Positions 38,956-51,968 of a stretch of DNA of 64,000 bases are shown one piece after another. Origin of the DNA: Sphyrna mokarran. Lineage: Eukaryota. Both the position numbers and the translations under genes were made by a program. The notes below the pieces were generated by a model. It searched no databases, had not been told where the DNA came from, and saw only the letters and a program-made list of their open reading frames with translations. The stretch's first letter is position 1; each line of letters opens with the position of its first letter. The stretch covers positions 69,254,001 through 69,318,000 of the forward strand of contig JAGIQG010000006.1 in the NCBI GenBank assembly GCA_024679065.1. Direction: 5' to 3'.

Positions 38956-39959
38956 TGCTGGATCAAAAAATAATGCCATCTGGCTATAGCTTTTAACAAT
39001 TGAAAAGGATTCTCTATTAATGGGATTTGGCTAGAGGACCAAACAATCATGAAAATCATTGTCCAATTCCCACAGACAACATTTAGGATGCAGCAATATC
39101 TGTTCTATAGTTATTGATGATAATTGGAGATTGAAAGTGTGACTCCACAAAGAGCCAAGTTGCCTTCCAAGCTTTGCAACAGCTATAGTCAAGCACAATG
39201 AGTTCCATGTAACAGTGAGCATGCTGTTGACATTTAGTACTGACATCTGTACTGTTTGGAATATCTTACAATACAGCCCATCCTTCCCCTCTTGTGTTAG
39301 AAAACAGAAAGACTTCTGCCTACACATAAGCAGTGCTCTCCTTACATCTCCTCAGCTCGTATCATTAGTCATCACTATCTAATGCTCCTTATATTTCACA
39401 AATTTAGAAACAAATTCTGGACAAAGTTCCAATACAGTCAGATGAGTTCTTTCCCCATTGTGTCATAATTGTACATCTTTGTTTGTGTTCTGTCAGTCAT
39501 TTTGCCTTGCAAGCAGATAGACCATCTTACAATATTGTGAGTATAAGGAGCACATACAACATCAACCCATCCACAACACAGCTTGTCCAACAGTAAGTAA
39601 ATATACATCTAAATATAAATGATGAAGCACTTCTTATCTCACAAGGATTTATAGTACAAGATCCTTTTAACAATTCAATGCAATCATATTTTCAGCTTTA
39701 AATTGCTGCTGGTAGTTGTGTTTTGACTATATGATCATTTTTTGAGCATTTAGTGGACTGCATATAATTACTTAGGGTGGGGAGCAAAAATGAGATGCAG
39801 GCTGAACTGGAACACTTTATAACATCAATACAGCAGCAAACTATTCTTTCAAAAGGATAATCATCTGCTTTCTAATCAGACTGAGTCCATGGGACCACAT
39901 TGATTTTGTTTTCTATCTTCTGCCAGGCTTAAATGTGGCCAGTCACTTCTCAGAAAGCT

Positions 39960-40240
39960 TCCCTCCCATCTCAGCCAAACTTGTTTTCCTCTGATAGCCT
40001 TTGATGCCCTCTGTTTTATTATAGTAGCTCAGATACAGATAGTCCTGTCCCAGAATCAGCACATTGTGACTGCTGCCAAAGTACCAAGCATTGACCTCTA
40101 TGATGTGCTGATTATGGACATACACGAGCAAGATGTTGAGGGAGTTAACTCTCTTCCAGTTGCAGACCATTTCTGAGTTTTCATGTGTCACTAAAAAATG
40201 GCATGTGTGCAGTCAATGGCACCCATTGGGAAGCTTACAT
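39960..40240 (-). mobile_element. Harbinger (HARBI1-like) transposase relic
   Basis: Minus strand FPMGAIDCTH (first catalytic Asp motif), then CNWKRVNSLNILLVYVHNQHIIEVNAWYFGSSHNVLIL..KGY, matching NRKGFHSLNVQLVCD..ARYPGSSHD..GDKGY. Confidence 0.85.
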
Positions 40241-41921
40241 TCCCACTAAAAGCGTATATTCACTCTTGAGCAGAGCTTTAAGACCTCATCATGCCCGTCT
40301 TGCAGCGGGAAAATGTCATAAAATCAGGGGCAATGCGACTAGCAGAAATGGTGCCCATTTTCATGCCCATTCCCATTTTATGAAAAACAAAATTGCCACA
40401 ATCAGAAGCCCCAAAAATTTTCACAATGTCATTAGCAAGTTTCACTCCCAATTGTCCCAGCTCACCCACCTTAACGCCCTCATTTCACTACAGCCAGGTC
40501 AGTCAGGAAAACATCCTCCCTATAAAAATCAGATTAGGTACTTGATCAGTGGGAGTGAGTGAGGCGTTAAATCTTTGCATTCAAACTGTTCTGTGCTGCT
40601 CAGGGGTATTTTTTTCATGGCAGAACAATGGAGGCTTGCATAGTGAAGCAGAGACATTTAACATGGTGGATGGTATTGAGTGATGCAATAAAGATCTCAA
40701 AGACTGGCTAGAAAGCCAGCTAGAGCCCCACAGCATCTCTTAGGAAAGGCCCACTGCATTTTAAGTGTCACTCAGACACTTAACTGGACAGTGGAGCAGT
40801 TTCCCCAAGATCAAGGCCCCCAGGAGCTGAAGCACTACCCATCAGACACTTCTTGCTAATCAGATGCCTGCAGCTCCAATGCCTGCAGAGTTATCTAGGA
40901 GGCAACCATTCCTGCCAGTATGACACAGATCCAAGACCTTGGATCAGTGCTGGATCCCACGCTAGAGATAAGTGTTGGCAGGAGCGGGAGTTGCAGAGTA
41001 GAGATTATGGGCAAGGGGGTGAGGAGAGCTAGCAGTAAGTGCAGAGTGTGGCTCCCATCCCAATACTGGGTCCTTCAATCAGGGTTTGAGCACCTTTGAT
41101 TGAGGTTTCAAATCTGCATTGCATACTGACTGGTGTCACAACTGCCCACTCTGTAATCTTCCGCGCATGCTCTCTGTGCCAATGCTGTCACGTTTGCTAA
41201 ACTGGGAGCCTCTGCTCCCAGCATTAGAAATATGGGTATGGTTCTATAAAGCCATTATGGATTTACACTTACAGCAACAAAAATAAAGGGACTGATCTAT
41301 TGATTTGAGCCCACCTAGCTGGATATATGGTTAGCATCTGGATTAGAATTGCACCAATTACAAGAGATTTTAAACCTCATTCCAGCTGAGGTGGACTTGG
41401 AGCCTGCCTCCTTGCTGTACCTATAGTAAGATAATCATGGCACTCTGCCACAATTCAGCAAATAATCACCAAGGACCTTCAAGCAGAAAACTGAAGAAGA
41501 AAAAGCCTACTGAATAACATAGCCCAAGCATCACAAGCTATCAAACATGCATTGTTCTTAAGCACACACCATGCTTTCCAGCTACAATTAAGCTAAAACC
41601 TAGAGTATAATAGGAGGGACAAATGATACTTTCTATAGTGGGTGGCAACTAACTTAAAATTAGCTTCCTGAGCTTCCTTGAGATGCAAGTGAACCAGCCA
41701 GTTACACACATCATTGAGCAATATCAGAGCGAAGCAATCTGTGTTAAGTGGTTTCTTTTAGTTTAGTAGTCATAATTTACTTGAACAGGAACAATGCCTT
41801 CAAAATGACTTTTTATATAACTGACTAGTGTTATGCAGCCAATGGAAAACACATTAATAATAACATGACTTTAAAGTGACCAGTCAAATGTCATAGACAG
41901 GTTTTAAAATGGGGGTTGGGA

Positions 41922-43892
41922 GGTAGTGATTTTCTCCAGAAATTAGTCTAAGCCTTGAATTCGCATGAAAACTGGAGTAAATCTCACTGGTTTTCATCGG
42001 GAGTTTAAAAATGAATCTCCAATACTCTGTGCACTGCTGAGTGCCGCAGCGTGAACCACTCTAAAATCAGTAGGCAGGGCCTGTTTCTGCTGAAGAGCCG
42101 GCACCATAGTGAGCTGGACACTGTGCACTGCGCTAATCCGTTAGTTCCGAGACCGCTGCATAGGCCATGGCCCAATTGCTGGCCACTCTCTCTCTCCACT
42201 GATTCTGACTGCAGAGTGGCAGCAATTACCCCCCCCCCACCCCCACCGATCTGCCCCCAGAGGCTCTAACCACATTAGGCCCTGCCCCTGTTAGGTCTCA
42301 CTCCCTTGGCATTGCCACTTTCCCCCTTAAACAGTGCCAGGGAGCCCAGGCAAAACCAGGAAGCATCTCCCCCAGCACACAATCCTCTGGGGGGGCCTCG
42401 ATGGCCACCCTTCACTCCAGCCACATTGGACCTTTGGCTCTCCATAATAGAACATAGAACATTACAGCACAGAACAGGCCCTTCGGCCTTCGATGTTGCG
42501 CCGACCAATATAAAAAGCAATGACCCTCCAAACTAAACCATTCCCTTCTCTTCCATATACTTATCAACTAACCTCTTGAACGCCACCAAACTTGGCGCAT
42601 CTACTACCGCTGCAGGCAGGGCATTCCACTCCCGAACCACCCTTTGGGAAAAGAACCTACCTCTGATATCCGTCCTATAACTATCACCCCTTAATTTAAA
42701 GCTGTGTCCCCTCATGCTAGCTTTCTCCATACTAGGAAAAAGGCTATCACTGTCCACCCTATCTAAACCTCTAATCATCTTATATGTCTCGATTAGGTCC
42801 CCTCTTAGCCGCCTCCTTTCTAATGAAAACAACCTCAAATCCCTCAGTCTCTCTTCATAAGACCTGCCCTCCATACCAGGCAACATCCTGGTAAACCTCC
42901 TCTGTACCCTCTCCAGTGCCTCCACATCTTTCTTATAATGTGGGGACCAGAACTGCACACAATACTCCAAGTGCGGCCGCACTAGCGTTTTGTACAGTTG
43001 CAACATGATGCTGCGGCTCCTAAATTCAATCCCCCTACCAATAAAAGCTAGGACTCCATATGCCTTCTTAACAACTTTATCCACTTGACTGCCTACTTTC
43101 AGGGATCTATTGACACATACACCAAGATCCTTCTGTTCCTCAACACTATTAAGAGCCATACCATTAGCCCTATACTCTACACATTTATTGTTCCTGCCAA
43201 AGTGCATTACCTCACACTTTTCCACATTAAACTCCATTTGCCACCTGTCGGCCCAGCTCTGCAACTTGTCTAAGTCCCTCTGCAAACTATAACACCCCTC
43301 TTCACTATCTACCACTCCACCGACTTTAGTGTCATCTGCAAATGTACTAATCCATCCCTCAATACCCTCATCCAGATCATTTATAAAAATTACAAACAGC
43401 AGGGGCCCCAAAACAGACCCCTGAGGTACACCACTTGTCACCGAACTCCACGATGAATAGCTCCCATCAACCACCACCCTCTGTCTTCTATCTGCTAGCC
43501 AATTCCTAACCCAATTAGCTAAATCACCCTCTATCCCATACATCTGCATTTTCTGCAGAAGTCTTCCATGGGCCACCTTATCAAACGCCTTACTAAAGTC
43601 CATATATACCACATCAACCACCTTACCCCCATCCACCTCTTCGGTCACTTTTTCAAAAACAAAATGGGGAGCTAGTGTCAACCCCACTGGAGTAAAACAT
43701 TCCTAGCAAGGGGGAGATGCTAGCAGGTCTGGAGATTTCAGTCCCAGACCACTCATGGCATTTAAATTATATTAAAATTAGACCTTGCCTGTATTATGCA
43801 GCTTCATGCTGATTTCCTGTGCAGAGCTGACGGTGCTGGAAATCCAGCACTGGGAGACGCGTACAAGCCGAGATGCTCAGCGTGAATCACTG
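41922..43892 (+). mobile_element. GC-rich non-autonomous TIR element hosting a young CR1
   Basis: Left arm aligns with 57795 and the reverse of 18191. Right arm ggagctagtgtcaaccccactggagtaaaac..gctgacggtgctggaaa aligns with 58912-59045. Confidence 0.7.
42447..43660 (-). mobile_element. Young 5'-truncated CR1 LINE with an uninterrupted ORF2 C-terminal RT region (stop at 42533) and (TTCTATG)n tail
   Basis: ORF 42533..43687: YMDFSKAFDKV, GVPQGSVLGPLLF, FADDTK, LVRPHLEYC, RLRGDLIETYK, RGHSFKL. No stops or frameshifts over ~375 codons. Confidence 0.95.
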
Positions 43893-44124
43893 TTCACACT
43901 GTGCTTTTCTCTCCATTGGACTCTTTTCAGGTCTCTCACTCTTTCTGTCTTGTTTTTCTCCTTTGTGTCTCTTTCTGTATTTATCCCTGGTTTTCTATCC
44001 TGATACTTCCTTTATTATTTTAATATTTTTTCCACCTGCTAACTTTTCCTATAGTGATTTTTCCTGGTATGTCCAAAGCTGCAGCATTGTAGATATCCAT
44101 TGAAGAGAACAAGTAGCAGAGCTG

Positions 44125-44495
44125 GGGGAGACAATGGTGTAATGGTAATATTGCTGGACTCATGATCCAGTGGCCCATGTCATTGCCCTGGGGGCACAAG
44201 TTCAAATTCCAATATGGCAGCTTGTGGAATTTCAATTCTATTAACAAAATAAAACTGGAACATACCATCTTAGTCACAGTGGCCATGACAGCTATCAGGG
44301 TTTGTTGTAAAAACCTATCTGCTTCATTAATGTCCTTTAGAGAAACAAATCTGCTGTTCTCCCCCAGTCTGGCTTACACTCCAGATGCACAACAATGTGG
44401 CTGACTCTTTAGCTGTACTCCAAAAGGAAAATTAGGGACATGCAGCAAATATTGGCCTCGCCACTGAAGCCCACATCAAATGACAGAATTTTAAA
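44125..44495 (+). mobile_element. Second tRNA-derived SINE family copy
   Basis: Head tggtgtaatggtaat..caagttcaaattcc. Core and tail are homologous to 6210-6565 and to the LINE tail at 8840-8890. Confidence 0.8.
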
Positions 44496-45899
44496 AAATT
44501 GTTTGAAGCAAAGAGCATTGAAGTTATTGGGCAAGCTAATCAAGAATGGCAGGAAAGTGCCCCGCAAGGCAGGGAAGAGCAACATGAACAGGTCTGACTA
44601 ACAGAGGGGAGGAGATGTCACAGTGATTCAAGCATGGGAAGTTTACTTGCAAGAGATACTAATTATATTTATTTTTAAATATGCCCAGAAATTCTTTGGA
44701 GTAGCTTCCCAGCAGAGGATTGTTTTTGGTGGTAGAGAAACTGTGAAACGGGCTTTGGCCCAAGTAACTGAACTGGAGAATTTTAACCTCAAGACCTGAT
44801 TTATAGTCACCAATACTTCTGATCGTGGAACAGACAGGATGAGGGTGCAGAACACACGCTAGTACAGAAGTTGGCTGTTAGCTCACAAATAAGGCTTTGC
44901 AAAGAGTCTCATGGGAAGGAAGGGGGCCAGACAGGGGACACCTCAACTTGCAAATGGCTAAGTAACTCTAGCAGTTTTTGCCAAGTAAGTAGGGTGAAAA
45001 TCGACTGCATGATTACTGGTAAAGGCCTTTCGTCAAACAAAATTGATCTAAAGTAGAAATCAACATTGGTGATTCATAATAGTGCAACAATCTCAATGTT
45101 TCTGAATTCCGTGCTAATGAAGATTGCCTTATCCGAATCTAGACATCGTCAAAACTGTGACTTGCAGCTTATTATTACTGAGTCTGCTTCTGCACAAATA
45201 CCTGAGACCTGTTCACGCATAGCCTTGCAACCCTATAAGTGCTGCCCTTGGGAATAATAATAGAACTGTTATGTGAAGGATGTCAGGTTATATAAAAGGA
45301 GATTGATGGTTAATCAGTCAGCTGGAATGTTGGAAGGTTGTGGTATATCTGGAAGTGCTGTAGTGAAAGAGTTTCTGCAAGACCTGTTCATTTTTCATCC
45401 CTTGTTTTATTATTGATAATCCTATGACTAACTTGTATTTAACATTGGCTAAATGTCATGCATGAGATGCAATCTTACGGTTGCATCAGGTTAAAATGAC
45501 AAGACTTCACAGTTCACTTTGTGGAGTTGTCAGCACGCTCTGAGTAATTATTGATTCTTCATACAATGGCAAAATCAGACTTCCCAATAATCAGCTGTCA
45601 TTCACTCTGTAAATTTGCGGTGGTTGTATCAATATTGTTCAGGCTGGCATCAACAAGCTTCAGCAACAGGGAGGGTGGATTAGATTTTATGGAGCCTGCT
45701 GGGGCAGGCAAGCTGGCGAGTGGGGGTTTGAAGCATAACATGTGAGGTTGTGCATCAGAATTCCAGGGACAGAAAAACTGTTTCCCATAGGTGTCATTCA
45801 TCTTGTGCTCCTTCATCCTCGAGTGCTGGACGGGATCAGTGCTGAACAGGCACCAATGCAGGCAACTTAGTGGCAGTACCCAGAGGCAATACAGCACCA

Positions 45900-46850
45900 G
45901 GAGACCAAACTGCAAGGCTGAGGCAGAGGCAGGCCCTTGGTGTCCCCGAGCGTTTATAGGGGCAGTATGACCTATCTACAAAGGTCAGAGAGACATTGCC
46001 TGAAGAGACCGCACCACTCCAGGGAGACAGAAAAGCAAGCACCCTATTTCAGGATGAGCTGCACCCATGGGAACACCTTATACCGGTGAGGTTGAAGGTA
46101 ACTGTGGTTCTTCTATACAGCCAATTCCTTCCAAGGCTCTACAGATGATATCCTGCCAAGCAGCTATTTGGCGCTGAGAAAGGAGCTGACAAATGCACTG
46201 TACAAGAGAGTAGGATAGTGATCCTGGATGGATGGGGATAGCCGAGTGGAGTTGCAATAGGATTGGCAGCCATTGTCGGTTTTCAGGATTTAATCAACTA
46301 CATCTATGTTGCTGTCAAGGCACCATCCAGGCAGTTAGCTGCATTTATTAAGAGCGAGGGATTCTATTCTATGACCGTAAGAAGCCAGTTCACTCCTGGC
46401 AGCAGCCATGATGCCCGTGTGCTTCAACACTTGCAGGGGCTGCATTTATTTATGCCAAGGTCACCAATCAATGAACAGTTCCAAGGTTACTAATGTTACT
46501 GTCCTCACACATGGCATCTAACACCCATCAATAAACCTCGCAGTGAGGTAGAACAGAGGTTCAATGCCTGTCACAGCACCACAGGGAACATTATAAAGCA
46601 AACTATTGGTCAACTACACAGGCTTGATCCTTCGGGGGTGCTTTCCTGTCTGATCGTGTAACATTAATATTGCCATGCACAGGGGTGACAACAGCAGCTC
46701 AGAATCAGAAGCCTCATCTGACAAGGAAAATAGGAAGATAGATTGTGACGTGGAAGGGGTTCCACATCAACGGCCTCCTGCCAGTGTGTGTGCCATGGAA
46801 GTTAAGGCACAGGAGGCAAGTAACCCCTCATGCTGACCTGCTTTGAACAC
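45900..46850 (+). pseudogene. Harbinger (HARBI1-like) transposase pseudogene
   Basis: LAAIVGF..YVAVKAP..FIKSEGFYSM..PGSSHDARVL..TWHLTP..EVEQRFNACHSTTGNIIKQTIGQL..LDPSG, the DDE_Tnp_4 motif series with stops and deletions. Confidence 0.85.
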
Positions 46851-48169
46851 CTACTCATCATTAAGCAACATAAAATCAACAACCTTCACCATTTTCTATA
46901 GATGGCACATACCGTTGTTTCTAAGAATTCACAACACTTCTCTGCTTCACCATACACAGGCCGACATCTGAATTTAAAGGAAAGCAGCCAATGTCCCTTA
47001 AACAAAACATATTAGACATGAAACATCTCTGAAGGGGAAACAACATCAAGTTCTCTAATGACAAAAGCATACATTGAATAATACACAACATCTTAACATG
47101 ACACCAACACTTCCGGCTCAATATAAACACTACTGCTAACTTACTGTGTGAACGTGTTCTTTCTGAAGCACTTCCACATCCTGCAGTGAGATAAATCCTT
47201 GACATCTATAGATGTGGTGGGAACAGGCTGTTGTTCTCTCTGTCCATAATCTTGGATAACAATAGTGGGCATCCTCTTGTAGTCTTGGGCTTGAATGAGC
47301 TGGTGTATATTGCAGGAGATTCTGCTTTGGCCACCACCACTAGAGGAATTTGATTACTCGCAAAGAGTTTGGGAAGCTCCAGACACTATTCGGAGTGACC
47401 TCAAGAAGAACACTCAAAGGTTGTATCTCTTTCTTGGTTTCTAGATGCAACATGGCACTGCTCTGCTTCCTGGTGACTGAAGTGCATCTGAAGGAATGTC
47501 CAAGAGGCACCAACAGCCTCTCACTAGTCCTTTGCTGCACTATATTCATGGCACCCCAGTGGTGAGTTAGACCATGCTGACACTAAGTATCCACTGTGTG
47601 GTCTCTTGGGAATGTCACCCATGAAAGTTGGCAACATATCCATGGAAGAGGTGATGTACTCTCCTTCATCATCCGCACACATTTGCTAAAAATCTCAGGC
47701 AGTTCTTCCAGATTCTCTCCAACTGGTCGAGCGTGGCCTTTATTAGAGGCCCTCCATCAGCCTAGGGTGTCTCAGGAGATGGCCCTCGTTCAGTCCTCCA
47801 ACTCCCAGTGGCCTCACCTGTCACTGCCTCCCACATCTGTGTCTGTGTGATGGTGCGCCACAGACCAGATTGTGATGCCAGGTCTGCATACATGTAACTT
47901 CTCCCTGAGGTAAGTATATTTGTGTTAGTGCTCGGTGTGGGGTGAGGGATATGATTCTGTGGCCTCATGGACTACCATCTTCTCAGGACGACCCTACAAA
48001 TGAAACACAACACAATTTTTGGAGTGATGATGCACAGATCCACTGCCATTCACGGGAGTAGCAGGTTGCCATGGAAACTAGTGATGTTGGGTATGTGTGC
48101 AATGCGTTCTCCTCTCCATGCTGCCCTTCCAAACTTAGTGTCAGATATGTACCCTCTATCATGCACCTC

Positions 48170-48305
48170 AACTACTCCATTGCTTCCAGCTCTGCCTCTG
48201 TTAGTGGATAAATGTCCATTATTCCAACCCAGCCCCCAGTCTTGGATCCCTGCCTGCCATTGTTGGCCCCTTTGTCCTGCGAGCAAAATAGAGAGAAAAA
48301 ATATT
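48170..48305 (-). pseudogene. Exon of the Harbinger Myb/SANT-like partner gene, convergent with the transposase
   Basis: Minus-strand acceptor ttttttctctctattttgctcgcag, followed by DKGANNGRQGSKTGGWVGIMDIYPLTEAELEAME, resembling the K.A.N.RE..KTGGG...LT..E motif downstream of Myb/SANT domains. Confidence 0.55.
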
Positions 48306-48799
48306 AGGGTTTCCAGCAATGCTGAAGAAAATCCCTTACACTCTCCTCACCCCTGAGGTGTGAATTTGCTCCAATCTTCACTGTCTCAGGGATTATGGTT
48401 ACGATGCAGATGAAGATGCAAATTCTGGTGACATGCGCATACAGCCTGTGCCAGTTGACTCCTCTACACCAGAAGGTTGGACATGAATTTCAAGTAGACG
48501 AAAAGTGGTTGGGAACAGCAGGAGTACTGAATGATTTAAGTTCATTGATGGGCAGTGAAGTTTAAGTTCTCCCCCGCCACCCCCCTTACCAAGTTTTATT
48601 TCTGTCAAATTGTGTGAAGTCACACTAATATATCCTTGTATTTTGACTAAGTGTTGTCTGGAGTACATATCAAGTTGGTCATTTCATTCTTTATCTCTGC
48701 AAATATAGAACCAAAGGAAAGAGGAGGGAGCAGGAAAGAAATAATGAAACAGAAGGATTGTGATAAAATAGAGGTAATGACAAAAGCATTCAATTCACA

Positions 48800-49495
48800 G
48801 TGTGACCCCGAGCTCCCATTCACCTGTCATATTAATTCTCCATCTAACTCTCATTCGGATCTCTCTGTCCTTGGCCTTCTGCAGTGCTCCAATAGAGTTC
48901 AATAAATGCTTAAAAACAACATCCTTGGTGGGATTTCCTAGCTGTCCTTCTCCCAGGACCAGAAATTCCCATCCAAGCTCAACTGATCTTTGAATGATCT
49001 GCTGAATTTTCTGTCTTGTCCGCTATGACTTTCGCAGTGGGCAAGACAGAAGAAATTCGGCCCTTATCTTTCAATTAGACTTTCAGATTCAAAATAAGTT
49101 TAGCAATTTCAGACTATAAGCTCGGGTCCCATTGGTTTCTAGTTAATATCTCAGTTTTGATCTTTCTTTGACTTTTTGACTTTTTTTGTATTTGAATGAC
49201 AGCTAGTCAATACTCTGCCACTCTCACCTCGTTCAGACACATATTTTGTCTCCTGTCCAATTACTAGTCCCTTTGTACTTGCATAACCAGCTATTTGCTC
49301 ATTAATTAATTAATTAATTGTCTTCCACACAATCACCTTCCACACTCCCCCATTTCACCTCCTTGAAAGCTATTAAATTTATAACCTTTATTATTTCTAA
49401 TGGAAGCTCATTGCTTCTTCTTCCACAGTTGCTGCCTTACCACTACTTCTAGTACTTAGTTTTTATTTCATTTTTCCATTATCTGCAATGTATTT
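48800..49495 (+). mobile_element. Penelope-like element 3' part (GIY-YIG C-terminus and terminal repeat) with a nested MITE (48927-49063)
   Basis: DPELPFTCHINSPSNSHSDLSVLGLLQCSN then LIFQL after the MITE (ggtgggatttcc / gaaattcggccc). Decayed terminal repeat at 49395-49495. Confidence 0.75.
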
Positions 49496-50160
49496 TTAAT
49501 TCATTTATGGGGTGCACCATTTGCTAGATCTGCATTTATTGTCCATCCCTAATTACTCTTGAGAAGATGGTGGTGAGCTGCTTTCTTGAACCACTGCAAT
49601 CCATGTGGTGTGGGTACACCACAGTGCTGTTAGGAAGGGAGCTCCAGGATTTTAACCCAGCAACAGTGAAGGAAAGGCAGTACGCTTCCAAGTCAAGGTA
49701 GTGTATTGCTTGGAGAGGAAATTGCCGTTGCTGGAGTTCTCATGTGTCCTCTGCCCTTGTTCTGATGTTAGCAGTCATGTGTTTGAAAGGTGCTGTCTAA
49801 GGAGGTTTGGTGAGTTTCTCGCAGTTCATCTCGTAAATAGTACGCACAACTGCCACTGATCGTTGGTGTTGGAAGGAGTGAATGTTTGTGGAACTGGTGC
49901 CAATCAAGCAGGCTACTTTGTTCTGGATGAAGTTGAGCTTCTTGGAACTGCACTCATCTAGGCAAGTGGAGCGTATTCCATCACACTTGTGCCTTGTAAC
50001 TGGTGGACAGGCTTGGAGAATCAGGAGGTGAGTTACTTATCATAGGATTCCTTGCTTCTGACCTGCTGTTATAGCCACAGTATAGTGCAGTTCAGTTTCT
50101 GGTCAATGGTAACCCCTTCAAAATATTGGGAGATTCAACAATGATAATGCCATTGAATGC
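49495..50160 (-). mobile_element. CR1/L2-group LINE 3' portion
   Basis: Reverse-complement homology to 8240-8890 and direct homology to 38030-38690. Confidence 0.85.
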
Positions 50161-50660
50161 TTTTGTATTAACAGCTCCTACTGCGTGAAATTTTTCTTTA
50201 CAATTAAGTGAATTCCCCCTGTAACTACAAAATACTATAAGCAGTGATGTTAGTACTTCATTGAATACTTCATACTACATTCAATGCTATTGCATATAAA
50301 TTGGGAGAAGGATGGACGCCAGTATGTAGAATTAGAAAAGAGGAAAGAGCGATATAAAGGAGTGAATGTGCTGGATAATATGGCACCATATCAGACAGGA
50401 GCAGATCAAGAAGGACTACAAGAAATGCAAATACATGGTCACATTGTATATTTATAAAAGCACCAAGTGTGTTATTAAAGATGGCGAACTACATATGCAA
50501 CTCATGTGGGAATATAATTTACAACAGCAACCATGTGGCTTAAAAATGATGAGGGTTGGACATTTAAGGATGCAAAATGTTCAGAAAAGATAGTGAAGGA
50601 ATAAAGGGAGATGTTTGAGTAGTGATTAGGAATACTACTGTAGCCTTGGAAAGAGAGAAT

Positions 50661-51414
50661 TGGCCTAAAACGTGTGCACTCTGGGACATCGTACCCCGGG
50701 TGTACTCCATAAATGCGCTAGAGAATCAGCATCCCATTACCTCCTGGAAGGATTGCACAGCAGTGGCCCAGGAAGATCAAGTTTCCATTGGGTAATTGTC
50801 CTGCAATTGCAACCATCCATAAGTATAACATAAATTGCAAGTTTTGAATGGTTGCAACTGTCTTACCAGAATAATTATCCAGGAAATATTAGAAAAATTA
50901 AAACCATTTCCAACTCCTGATAACTTTACTACCGCTCCCAAAATAAATGCCTGTGGGATTCCCTGACTATCCCCCCACCCCACACTAACCCCCTTAGACT
51001 ACCCTCCCCTGGCCACCTGAACCCCCATGTAACCACCACCCCACAAATACCCAACTCCCCTACTGACCATCCGATGACCCCTTTTCTGACTATCCTACCC
51101 CAATCCAATAGGTCCCTTAACTGACTACCTGACATTCCCCTCTCACTGACCATTAGACTGTGCCCCTACAAGTAACTGACACCTGGCTGATTATCCATTT
51201 ACTTTCTCCCTGCCTCTGAAAATGTCTGGACTTTTAAATTCACCTATTTTATTGCAGCTCATGCAGTAAAAAACGGCATGGCTTTCTTATGTCCCATTCT
51301 TTTGCCTTCAACATAAGACCTGGGGAACCTGCTGCACAGCATGGTTCTGTCCGGACCTGAGTCAGGCATTCGAATAATCTGACTCTGGTTACCAGTCTGC
51401 AGAAGTTCAGGACC
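50661..51414. mobile_element. Non-autonomous TIR element with C-rich CTGAC-motif core, inserted in a CR1 endonuclease fragment (about 50440-51560)
   Basis: Ends tggcctaaaac / gttcaggacc with 3-bp TSD AAT (50658-50660 and 51415-51417). The flanks rejoin as agagagaatgttcttgaaagg. Confidence 0.7.
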
Positions 51415-51562
51415 AATGTTCTTGAAAGGGCAAGGAAGACTCCATATGGTTAGTAGTGAAAAGCAGGAAAAGTATAACTACACTGCTTGGAATATTGCAT
51501 AGGCTCCCAAATAGTGAGAGAAAGATGAATGAGAAAATCTTTACTGAAATTACAAAAATGTA

Positions 51563-51927
51563 CCAAGGTGGCACAGTGGCTAACACTGCTGTCTCACAGT
51601 GCCAGGGACTTGGATCTGATTCCGGTCCTCTCTGACTATGTGGAGTTTATACTTCCTTCTCATGTCTGCATGGGTTTCCTCTGGATGCTCTGGTTTCCTC
51701 CTGCATTCCAATTATGTGTGAATTAGGTAGATTATCCATGCTAATCTGCTCCTTAGTGTACAAAAATATGTAAATTAGATGGATTAACCATAGTAAGTGT
51801 GTGGAGTCATGGGAAAGGATAGGGTAGATAGGGTAGGTTCTGGATAAGGTGCTCTTTTGGAGAGTCAGTTCAGGCTCAATGGGCTGAATGGTCCCCTTCT
51901 GCATTGTAGGAATTCTGTAGATTCTAT
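51563..51927 (+). mobile_element. HE1-like V-SINE, the only sense-strand copy
   Basis: ggtggcacagtggctaacactgctg head, gggtttcctctggatgctctggtttcctcc core, CR1-type tail gggctgaatgg..ttctgcattgtaggaattct. Confidence 0.85.
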
Positions 51928-51968
51928 TGAATCAATGCAATTGGTAGGGAACCAATTGTATGAACAAA

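Noticed and set aside
45267-45443. TGTTA...TAACA segment as a solo LTR
   Set aside because: No matching target-site duplication (agaac versus ttggc).
51563-51630. tRNA-like sequences at SINE heads
   Set aside because: These are degenerate SINE promoters followed by SINE cores, not tRNA genes.
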